Source: Pelomyxa schiedti (lineage: Eukaryota; Protista; Evosea). From it: a DNA stretch of 64,000 bases. The stretch spans positions 17,153 through 81,152 of the forward strand of contig JAHLWZ010000267.1 in assembly GCA_020536535.1 (NCBI GenBank), given 5' to 3'. The notes below the pieces were generated by a model. That model did not search any database. It saw nothing but the letters and a program-made list of their open reading frames with translations, and was not told where the DNA came from. Positions 12,312 to 26,339 of the stretch are shown in pieces (the first letter of the stretch is position 1; every line of letters starts with the position of its first letter). Both the position numbers and the translations under genes were made by a program.

Positions 12312-15300
12312 ATGGCTGACGAAAAGACGTTCTCTTCGCGTTTGGTGGTATTTTTTTCCCGTTTTTTCCTTTTTTTTTTTTTCTTTTTTTACTGTGTTAT
12401 TTGGGTTTTTATTGTCACTAAAAACCTTGTTGTGGTTTTTGAACTTGTTTGGTTGGGAGCAAACAATATTTGTAGAATCGATTTCTACAAGTGGAAAAGA
12501 ACTATGAGCACAAGATGTACTCTCTGCAAAGGATATTGAAGTACTTCCAACAGAAGGCACAGCTGTTGACAGATTTTTCTTCACAGACATCCAAACTCAT
12601 TGGACGCACTCCTGAAATACTGTGGTTTGAGGAAGGTACAGTGTCAAGTGCTTGGGCGAAAGTTCTCAAGGCCGAGCATGAATCCGTGAGGCTTCAGTCT
12701 CTTGCTGCTCAACAAATGAATGAACTTGTCTGCAACCCTTTGTGTAAAGTCTTGGACGACATGGAAACAGTTAAAAAAAAGGCATGTGTCACGAAAAACC
12801 TACAAATTTCAAACGCGTTCTCACTGTTTCTCATCAGTCAATTTCAGACGGACAGCATCAACTGAAATTGCAATCCGATGCTATTTCTGCTTTACAGAAG
12901 GTTATCCACCCATACCAAATTCTGAAACTTATGTGCCAACCCCAGGCCAAAGAAAAATTTCACAAGAGCTCCAAGGATGCAGAAATATTTGAGGCACAAA
13001 TGAAAGAACTGGAGGGTGATCCCAAGAAACGGACTGAGTTTCTCAAAGTGTGTCTATTAATACCATCATCAAGGACTAATGCACCTAGTCTGACAAAAAA
13101 TTGTTCAAAATGCGAGAAGATTTGAAAGAAATAGAAGTTTCTTACCGTCAGCAAATCATAGCAACCAATATTATACAGGAAGAGTTTTATACAAAAGGAA
13201 TGCCTGCTGTGCTGGCTGTGTGTATAATGCGCAATACACCACCTTCTTATTATATTCTAGGAACTACATCATGCCTTCCTTATTAGAATTCATCAAATCA
13301 AAGTTAGAACCCCTTGGGTTTTCTTCTTCTCATTTCTGTTGCAGGATTTCTTTGTGATGTTTTCTAAGATTGCAACCAAACTTAATGAAGATTTTCATCC
13401 CTGTACACAACAACTGCAAAGTGAAGTCATTTCTATAAATCCCGAAAATGATATGGAAGAATTCACACAAAAACTGGATGACGCTTTTACCATTCCAGTA
13501 CCTTTCAGTTTTGAGGCTTATAAGGTTCTTGCTTCTTCAATTTAATCTCATTTAACCTACCTTACTAGACTGGATCTTCACTCGTCCAAACTAAAAGACA
13601 ATCTATTTTTGCCAAGAAAGGCACACATGACCCTTGTGTAAGTTACTCCTCGTTTTAGTTTAAGACCCATCTCTTGTAGTTTTCAACTGCAATATTTCAT
13701 GTTCCCCTGGAGGATGTTGTTGCCAAACAGAACTTACAACACACCAATTCACCTACACTGGTGAAAATTCCTCTCATTGTTAAATATTGTTGCGAAAGCA
13801 TTTTATATCTGGGAGGTTGCAACAGTTCTCTTCTGTTCTTTTACTCACTCCTTCAAGGCACCAAGACTCCATGTATCTTTCGAATCTCTGGCACAGTCAG
13901 TGAGATACAGACGCTGAAAGATAACTTAAATAAGGGCGTATACCTTCCCCCAGTCGATGTCCACACTTGTGCTGCATTATTGAAACTATGGCTCAGAGCC
14001 CTACCTGAACCACTCATCCCAATGAATCTTTAGTACGGTCATTTCCTAACCAACTTCAAACTAAACTTCAACAAGCACCTCCTGTGTTGATGCACAGGAT
14101 CCCTTTGCGATATTACCTCAACTCCCAGAGATCAACCGCTTGACTCTTGGATATATCACTTCTTTCCTGCAGTGTTTCTGCACTCCAGAGGCTGAAGAAG
14201 TGGTATACTTTCCATGTACCTATTACAATTTACTGATGCAGCCCAAGACTTCCATGTCACGAGATAGCATTGCAGCAATCTTTGCTCCTTGCTTTTTCCG
14301 GACACCGTGAGCTTTTCACCTTGTTAATCCCTTCATGACATCACATACAGCGAAACGGAGGAGCTTGCAGAGAGACTAGTAGCAGCAGAAAAGGAAAAAC
14401 AGGTCTCTTCACAAATCATGTGTTTACATTATTTTACCGTTTTCCTTAGTTCTTGTCGACCCTTTTTAGCAAATATGTTGCTCCTTCAGAAATTCCGCAT
14501 CTTGAGCCCTTCTCTTATTCAAATTGGCCTCAGATTCAACTACCAACGCCAGAAAGAAGTGTTCCTTCTGTTGCCTTCTCTTCCTCCTCTCCTTCACAGA
14601 GCCCTCTCAGCCTTCCTCCAACTCCAACGGCAGATGGAGTTTTGCTCCCAACAAATCTTTTTGCGCGCAAATCATTTGATACATCTAACACATCCATTTC
14701 CACACCATCTGCCAGTCTGTCGGAGCTTATGGGGGATATTCCTGGGTTTGATTTGGACATGCCCCCACTGGCACCTATAAGGTTTGTCTTTTTTATTCAG
14801 GCTTCTAATATAACTGACGCTCATGCAGTTCCGTTATGGAAGTGAATATTGACGACCTTATTGGGAATATGTTCCTGAGAAAGAGTGAAATTGTGTCCTC
14901 AAGCACGACTACCTCAAGTGCCTCAAGCCCAGTCAGCGCAGGGCCGTCACCTACACAGGGTGTAATCGACGCACACTCTTCTATAGAAGCATCAAAGGTA
15001 TCAACAGAGAAACCTGCTTCACCTCCCTTCAATCCACCTCCCATTTCACCGCCACCTCCGCCAATTTGTCCCGAACCTGCGATCTTACCACCTCCCGTGG
15101 AAAAACCATTGCCTGCACCTCCCCCAGCGCGCTTTGAAATCCCCCCACCACTTCTCCGCGACATACCCCCACCACTTCTTCGCGACATACCCCCACCAAC
15201 GCCAACAACTCCACAAGAAATACCACCACCAGCCTTATGTGAAATACTACCAAATCTCTGTGAAATACCTCCCCCAATGTGTGATATACCACCACCAACT

Positions 15301-15669
15301 ATACGCGAAATTCCGCCCCCAATCGCACCGCCACCGATATCGTGCCCCCTAGCTCCACCGATTGACCCACCCAAATCACCTCAATCCGTCATCCTACCAC
15401 CACCAACAGCGGCACAGGGTCACTGTACAACAGCAGCCAAACCCCCACGAGCAGCAGACCCGCCAGCGAAGTCCAGAGCACACTCCACATCCTTTACAGT
15501 ACACACAACCCAGCCCACTCACACAGAACTTGTCCGCCCAACAACAGGCCGCAAAGGAAAGGAACAGACCTTTTCAGCAAACACACTACCACACAACAGC
15601 ACATCCTCCGGGAAAGTATTCTCAGGCTTCCGGTTACCTGGAAGGTCCAGCAGCACCAAGAAAACGTAG
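12312..15669 (+). CDS. F-BAR (FCH) + RhoGAP protein with Pro-rich C-terminus
   Basis: Helical F-BAR-like N-terminus (EEGTVSSAWAKVLK..HESVRLQSLAAQQM). RhoGAP motifs IPLIVKYCCESI, CIFRISGTVSEIQTLKDNLNKG, DVHTCAALLKLWLRALPEPLIP, AIFAPCFF. Long PPP-rich last exon. Confidence 0.85.
15136..15200 (+). repeat. Coding tandem repeat, 24-nt unit (IPPPLLRD), decaying into EIPPP-type repeats
   Basis: ccccccaccacttctccgcgacata / ccccccaccacttcttcgcgacata / ccccccaccaac. Confidence 0.75.
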
Positions 15670-15839
15670 AGAAGGTAGCTATCTACCCCACTCTAGAATG
15701 TACAAATAAACCCTGGTACATAAAAGCTGCAGAGAAAATTAACTTGTATTGAACTGTTTTGTTTTTTTAAAAACAATTCCTTCCACATTTTTTGGCTCCA
15801 TCACAGTCTCTACAGCGAAAGTAAGTCACGGTTTCAAGA

Positions 15840-16908
15840 CTAGCATAGTTTACAAGAGAAGATACACACCACAGCGCCGTCGTCATCATCCAATACACCA
15901 GAAGGGAACACTTGCACCAGCATGGCCATTTCTCCGCGGCAAATGGGGCACAGTGGGGTGCTGCTATTCTTGATTGATGTGAGGCAAGTCCTGCACCCAC
16001 ACTGGTGACCACAGGGAACAACCAGGAAATCAGCATTCTCAGCCAGGCACACAACGCACTTTGGTGACACAGTAGCATTGGCCGGTGCCTCCTCAACAGG
16101 AGTACTCAATGCGGTACTCGTACTAGTATCAGGCCTCGGCTCCGGAGCATGGGAGAGCAGCGTAGTGAGGTAGGCCAGAACCTGGTCAACCGGCTTATCG
16201 GCATCAACTACATCTATCTTCCTGAAGCAAGGCACAACGAAGCCGAACTGCATGTGGTATTCGGTCAGCTTCCTGCGTGCAGCCTCAGGGTTAGCATCAT
16301 AGTCCCTCCTGACCAGCCTGGACTTGTCCAAGTCGTCGGGAGGCGGGTAGAACCTCGAATGGTAGATGTTCCCGTTGCTGGGATCGATCCTGCGACCCGT
16401 CAGTCGCTCGACGCACACGTCGTCCGGCACGTCCAGCACGACGCACCTCTCGACGTCGAGCCCGGCGCACAGCCTCACGGCCTGCTGCCGGGTCACGGGG
16501 AAGCCGTCGAGCAGGATCGCGGCGGGGGGGGGTCGCGGGGCCGAGCCCGGGCGCGGGCGGCAGCGGTCGGCGATGGCGTCGACGATGAGGAGGTCGGGCA
16601 CGGCGACGCCCTGCGACACCTTGGTGGTGTCGTCGTGGCCGGCGAACATGTCGGGGTATTTCTGCGAAACGTCGTACGCCAGCCTCGACGTGCTGACGTG
16701 TTGCATCCTGCCTAGTGTTTGTTGTGTTTGCTTTTGTTTTTGGTGTTTTGTTTGTTTGTTTGTTTGGTTGCTCGTTTCCCCCCTCAAGGGCATCGTTGTG
16801 AACAACATACCCGAGAGTAACTTGTAGTCTTTTGCATAGTGTGCCCTTGCCTGACCCTGGTGGGCCCAGTACCACTATCAACCTCGTCTGTGGTGTGGTC
16901 GCAGCCAT
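15840..16908 (-). CDS. Adenylate-kinase-like domain fused to C-terminal C3HC4 RING
   Basis: Exon 1 MAATTPQTRLIVVLGPPGSGKGTLCKRL (P-loop). Then GVAVPD, ILLDGFPVTRQQA, ERLTGRRIDPSNGNIYH (LID), and RING CVVCLAENADFLVVPCGHQCGCRTC...CPICR. 3' end could include another exon. Confidence 0.85.
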
Positions 16909-17019
16909 TTTTTCTTTTGTTTTTCCCTTTTTGATTCTCCAAGCCTCATCACCATCGCAGAAGACTGTTTTTCGCAGACTCTCGGTACGATTCCCAGCAA
17001 CAGACACCCCTCTTGAGCG

Positions 17020-18446
17020 ATGAATTCTTGCGGCAGAGACGATTTGGGGTTGAGTGTGCCGAGAGAGGAGGATGCATTGTTGGTGTTGGGAGACACTTTG
17101 TGTTGGTTGTTGCACGCTCTGCGGTGTCGCTGCTCCGGCGGCTGCCGCGCACTCGCCCCGGATCTGCCGCCCCTTCCTCCGTCCGTTTATGATCTCCTTC
17201 CGCCGAACGCGGACCCTGACGCGGCCAGCAGCAGCAGCAACAGCAACAGCAACGACGCGCTACGTCGCGAGATGCCGGCTGTTGTGCACCACGTTCTGTG
17301 CGTCCACGGTGTGACGCGTGAGGTCGCTTCTAGGCTGAAAATGTCTCCTGAGTGTGCCAAATTGAGACCACCAAGTTTGATGCGCGGCCATTTGATGCGT
17401 AGACAAACGCAATCAGAGTCACAATCACAATCACAATCACAATCTCAAGTTCAAGTGCAAATGCGAAATCCATATATACAAATAGAAGAAAAGACAGTTG
17501 ATACCAAATCAGGTGTTTCCCCACTACTTTTCTTGTTCGTGTGCCTTACCTGAGCTGATTTTCATTCTTTTGTAACCTAGTACTTTTGGAACCTTACAGC
17601 AGAAGATGGCTACTTCTGGTGGCTCAACTTATCAATATAATTGACCCAACGTTGCCACATCGACTTATGGAAGGTGGGTCTTTGTTATAGGATTTTATGC
17701 ATCTCAACCACTCATAGTTTCCGGTGGCTCAAGTTTAGTTGCCATCCAACACTCCCTCGTGATGCTAGGATCAAAATTGCCATCCAAAAACTCTTCAACA
17801 GTACGCATTCCCTTCTCTAGTTTCCCTTTGATATTTTTCTAGACCGAACACCTCACCTTTCTGATAGAGTTAGCTTCCTTTGCCCTATACTGTCTCAGTA
17901 GTCTCCACTCCCCACAGTCGTTACACCAAAGTTCCTTTGCACACACGGCCGTGCTAGATGCTGCGCTCGAATCCAGTTCGCTATTCTCAGTGTGTGGTCA
18001 GTGATCCATCCTCTCTTGTCTAACCTCCCTCGAAGACCGACTGCCAAATTCCCAAGACAAACAGACCCCCACCAACTCACATGAGTGACCAGTTTTCTCC
18101 TGTTGAATACAATCCGCTTCCCAGCCAACAACAGTACCACAGAACCATTTCCACCCTCATAAACACTGGGAGCACTTCATGCTACATACCAACGCTGAAA
18201 GAGAGTGCAAGGGCCATAGCCACGCAACAGGTTACTCAGCTGGGAGGCATAGAAGATGTGGCTCAGCTCATGGAGAAACACAACACCCTTGTCTGTGGAC
18301 TTGTAGACAAACTGGGATACCTTTCCAACCTGTGCAACCAATTGAGGTCCCAGCTCAGCATTCCCGTGGAGACTCCTCCTACCTCACAACTGTTTCAACA
18401 GCACCAACTTCTTGAAAGGCTTGCAGGCGGCAGAAATACTCTGTAG
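17020..18446 (+). CDS. Hypothetical multi-exon protein; weak resemblance to CH-like N-terminus of augmin subunit HAUS7/AUG7
   Basis: ORF 17020-17553 plus exons RRWLLLVAQLINIIDP and coiled-coil ORF 18081-18446 (LVDKLGYLSNLCNQLRSQL). Family assignment is inference only. Confidence 0.45.
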
Positions 18447-18661
18447 TGTTCCTCTGTAAGGCACCCAACCCCATATTCCAAAACCACACCTAACCTCCAT
18501 TCAGAGACAAAACGAAAACCCCTTGTTGTACAACAATAGAACCGAAAGCCACACAACTTTTCACCGGAGAAAGCTCCGCAAATATATTCCATGTTCTTTC
18601 AGAGAGGTTTTTTTTTCTCTGCTCTCTTCTAGACCTAAGCAAAAAGAAGGTTTTGGGGCTG

Positions 18662-18783
18662 TTCGCGACAATCACGTGTAAGAATCGCCTTAACCACTCG
18701 GCCACTGCGGCTTATGTAGTGTCGCCGCAGGTGGGATTCGAACCCACGGTTCCATAGGAAAATTGTTTTTTGAGATGTTTCGA
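18662..18783 (-). tRNA. Candidate circularly permuted tRNA-Ser(CGA): 3' half (18767/18783-18723), 11-nt spacer, 5' half (18711-18667/18662)
   Basis: Minus strand reads ACAAT-T-TTCC.TAT.GGAA-CC-GTGGG.TTCGAAT.CCCAC-CTGCGGC-G / ACACTACATAA / GCCGCAG-TG-GCCGAGTGGTTAAGGC-G-ATT[13 nt]GT-C... The acceptor stem is a perfect 7 bp (GCCGCAG/CTGCGGC), the discriminator is G, and there is a long variable arm. ATTGT/ACAAT form the anticodon stem. A T5 run follows at 18645-18641. Confidence 0.8.
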
Positions 18784-19114
18784 TGAAGTGATCATTCATC
18801 AGGGTGGCACTATTCTCTTGGAGGCCTCCATTTTGCAATGAACTTCACCAAGAGGGCACACCACAGCAACCCCGCAGAAAAAAACCACGGTGCTGGAGAG
18901 GAAAAAGGGAGAAACTTTTTGCTCGGTTAGGATTGTGGGACGGACTCAAAGTTTATCCTTGCAACAAATAGATTTCTGTAATACCCACACCTATGTATTC
19001 TTTATTTTATGGTGGCTAAAATAGCTGGAAAAGAGAAAGTGCAGCTGTGCTGGTGTCGTATGGCTGGAACCAGTCGTGCGGTCCCAATGTATCAGAGGCC
19101 TTCAGATAGTGCAT

Positions 19115-20564
19115 TTAGTGGAAGTTTGTGGGAACTAGATAGAGAGCACAAACCTCCCATAGATTTGAACTGGCTCGGATTCCAAATGTGCGAGTCACAG
19201 GCTTTGAACTACCAGCCTCAAGCCCCATTCTGATCATGGCTTGTTGGTAGTCTGTGTTGCACGAGAAAAGGGGAACATTCATAGCTTTGGCGCGGCACAG
19301 GGAGTGAGCAACAACGGCAGACGTAATGCGGTCCCATAATGCTGCCTTTTCCGTAGGATTCCGATCAGAAAGGAGCGGAAAGTCAATCTGAGGGCTCTCC
19401 AAGTATCTTCATTTGGATGAATGTGAGAACAGGTAGATAAGTAAAGAGAAGGGAAAAAGAAAGAAATTTAGAATACAGCGCAAGAGGTCCATTTACATCC
19501 CCCAAGTGCAATAACCTCATGTAGCATCTCCCAGCGGGATTGTGATGCCACTCTGGAATTTGAATGACAAGTACCTTATTTTTGGGATTTGTGAACTGTG
19601 CCAAGGCACACACAGGACTAAAGTCGAATCCATGACTAGGGCCACCAATTTTTGTAGCCCAAAGAAGCTCAGGGCCCTCCTCCTCCCAAGAAATCACTCC
19701 CTGGCCGAGTGAAGACCCATGATCCACTTTCAAGGAGGAAATCCAAGACTCAGTAAGCGGCCCAAGCGGAGCCAATTGTCTACGAGCGTGGCATAGAGGA
19801 GGCACAGCAACCTCCGCCGGGCCAGGCTTGGGGTAAATCCCACCATTCATCCTCCATTCCGCGAAGGCGCCGGCCAGAATTGCCCTCACACAGCAAAGGG
19901 CCGCCTCCGCGTTCCTCCTCACAACATCGGCCTTTCCCATAACTCTGCCAGAGCACGACGAATCGGATTCGGGTTCGGCGCGGCCGGTACCAGGGAATTC
20001 CCAGAAGCTAGGCAGGCCAAGGGCGTCGGGCCCTGAGCGGCTGCATTCCACAAGGCACCTGAGTGGGTGAATGACCTCACAGCGAGTGATGGAGTCCTCA
20101 AAGGCATCAAGGGGCACGGGGCCGTCCGCTGCCCTCCAGGATTCGTAAGTCCCATAATCCACTCCCACCTCGGCCGCGAGCAGCCTCGGCAGCACCGACG
20201 ACCTCACGAACGCAACCGCGCGCTCGACCTCGGCGGCGTCCCCGCTCGCCGACGCGCGGCGGATCTCGTCGGCTGCCGCGGCCGCCGACGCGGAGACGTT
20301 CGCTCGGCTGCGCACGTGCCTCTTGGTCGCGTTTTCGTTGCGCAGCATCGCGTGGTCGCCCCGCCGGTAGTCGAGGCGCGACGTCGGCGAGTCCCAGTGC
20401 GCGTACCACGCGCACGTCCGCCGCTCGGCCCCGACGTCGGTCGCCGTGTCGGCGCCGCTGTCGCACTGCCGCGCGAGGCTGCGCATCACCTCGGCGGCCC
20501 TGCCCGCGGACACCAACTTGGTGCCCTCCAGCACCGCCACCAACGGCGACACAGCTTCGTCCAT
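19115..20564 (-). CDS. Hypothetical protein with GC-rich N-terminal exon
   Basis: 415-aa ORF with AAAAAATG start at 20564 (MDEAVSPLV). An intron near 19420-19470 links to ORF 19115-19402. No recognised domain. Confidence 0.65.
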
Positions 20565-20697
20565 TTTTTGGTGTAGCAAGTTCGACAAAAAGCCAAGAAA
20601 AAAGATATCTCTCCAAAAAAAAATTGGCATTTTGCTTGTTTGGGGGTTATAGAGTACAGAGGAGGGAGTACTGGTTCTGGTGGGTGTCAGTGCTTCC

Positions 20698-24088
<3,391 letters not shown>

Positions 24089-24182
24089 CGCCGTAGTCGT
24101 TGTGTTTGATTGCGATCTGTTGCCAGTTTTTTCTAAAATAATCCCTTAAGCAGGGACTTTTGGTGTACACCCTTTACTCAAT

Positions 24183-26228
24183 GTGGGGTTCCCCAACTTG
24201 CCCCCAGTTGGTCCTCTCCAGCTCGGATTACTCCTCTCAATCCCTATTTATAGGCCAAAGCTCCGTAGCGGAAATTTCCAGTTTTTAAGGTCACCTTGGC
24301 GGGCATGCATTGTTGTAACAAAAACAACGAATGTCCAGCGTAAGAGGCGAGGTGCACTGCCATCAAGTAACCATTTGGTTTTCGCCATACAACTTGTACG
24401 ATCCCCGGTGTCCCTTGCTTTCCAAAGCCGATGACCGTTCATACGACCTACTCAAAGAATGCAAATATATCAAGTGCACACCGGACTCTGTGGCCTCGCT
24501 AACACTGAGAAGGGCTTTTCCTAAGGTACGCTGGTGATTGTCTTAGGTTTGTTTTATAAAAATACTAGGATGCAGTTGTTATCCTTAATGAACACCACTG
24601 TCAACAAACAGCTCTTACAGGCTGGGTGGCACGTCTAGAGGTCTTTTGTTCTTGACTTATATTTTAAGTAATAGGTGCAGGTGGTTGGTATTTCCTTTCA
24701 CTGGAGCACAAATCCAGGTCCGTTCCCCGTACATCCGTTATTTATTTTTCATTAAAAAACATAGTTTGGTGGATCAAGCAAGACCTTCTCCAGGATGATG
24801 ACAAAACAAAGGACTGTTACTTATTCCAGCATGCACTGTTGCTTTCCTCATTGACCTGTGCATACTGTCCTCCACAAATCGAACCGGAACCCCTAGAATA
24901 TGCAGTATGCTTTTCTCCAATGAGAAGGGGGTTCAATGAAACTATCAGGGAGCCGCGATCTCGCAAGCATTTATAGTAAAATCACCCTGGACAGGGTTAC
25001 TGGTGGTGTTGTATACATCTCTCAGATGTTTGTTGAGTCATACCCCAAAATAAGGGAGGGACGAATCCTCAGATACTCCAAACAAGGTTACCGAGTTTCA
25101 CAACTCTTTTTTTTAACAACCAATTTAGATAACACACTTCAGACAGTTCCAGAACGAAGAGGAAACACACTCATACCTCCTGAGGGCATATCGTCCAGTG
25201 TCTGCACTCCACTCAATGACGCCATTTTCGTACATCCGTCCTGTATATCACATCTGGGGGACCTTTTGGCTGTTGGAAATGGCGTACGCCCTGGTGTGCA
25301 ACTCATCGACTTGTCAGCAGGACAAGTGTACGCGTACTTCAACGCAACCATGGGAGGGGTCAGGTCAATTGCCATCAACCCACCAGAGGAAGGAAAGAGC
25401 CTGCCAGAGATTCACGTTGGAACCACGAACGGGATTTGGGTGATCAAGCCCACATGTGAGTGGAATCCTCTTTGTCCTTTTGATGCCAATGCCCACGTCA
25501 CCACCAGGGCAAGAGAACTCTCGATGGAATACCACTCAGGTCAGAACGATACCTGGAGGGGTGGATAGCCTTGCTGGGCACGACATTGTGGTTAGTGGCC
25601 CTAGGATTGCGATTAATGGTACAATGATCACCACGATAGCTTTTCTCTTACTATTTCAGGTACACACTACCAGTGGTTCTCTTTCTTAACGACGATTGCG
25701 GTTGTGAATCTCAGAACTTGGCATCCCAAAAGCCAAGACCGAAATGTTTTGGTTTATGCTGAAAAAGTACACCAACAACCAGACCGTTTCAGACTCGTGT
25801 GGACTCCAATTGGCTCTCCCACTGCCTCGAACCAACACGAGCCAGAACCCTGTGAGAGTGGAGTTGCACAACAACCAACCAACAAAAGACCCAGAACATC
25901 GACGTTGGCTGATGGCGGCACACCATACTGTGGTCGTGCTATGTCAACTGCAAGCTGCACCGTACTCCCCATGCTTGAGACAAATGTGTTTTTGAAGGAG
26001 GAGTTCAAAAACATGCTGGACTTCAACATTGACCCCCACAACAACGTACTGTGTGTACTGGGCCAGGGTTATCTGCACTTCTTTGAAGCACCTTTCACCA
26101 CCTCGAGCCTCTTAAGAGCAACCACGAGAGACATCCCTCCTCTTCTCCCACCAACACCCCTATCTCTAAGCAGCATCGCTGCCGCAACAACCACTACTCC
26201 CACAAGCACTTCCTCAGACTCATACTAA
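24183..26228 (+). CDS. Hypothetical multi-exon protein, probable beta-propeller (WD40/YVTN-like)
   Basis: Beta-strand-rich segments (GDLLAVGNGVRPGVQLIDLSAGQVY..GGVRSIAINP; MLDFNIDPHNNVLCVLGQGYLHFFE). Start uncertain. Confidence 0.5.
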
Positions 26229-26339
26229 ACAATACTCCCGTTCCAAAAAAAAAAAGTGGAGAACTCCGTTTTTGCTGGTTTCAACTTCTGGAGTTTGCAT
26301 TTTTGGAACGCAACTCAGCAATTTTTTTCTGCCTTGTCA

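Noticed and set aside
16149-17115. Long overlapping alternative-frame ORFs (also at 11563-12196, 20067-20616, 61451-62051)
   Set aside because: Expected stop-codon depletion in GC-rich coding patches; no motifs.
17225-17460. CAG/CAA and ATCACA microsatellite-like repeats
   Set aside because: Ordinary low-complexity coding repeats (Ser/Asn, Ser-Gln).
18660-18790. Two ordinary tandem tRNA genes, or a tRNA-Leu(CAA)/Val(TAC) reading
   Set aside because: No second 5' or 3' half was found nearby. The CAA reading gives an 8-nt loop and the TAC reading only a 3-nt stem. G73 with a long variable arm fits Ser.
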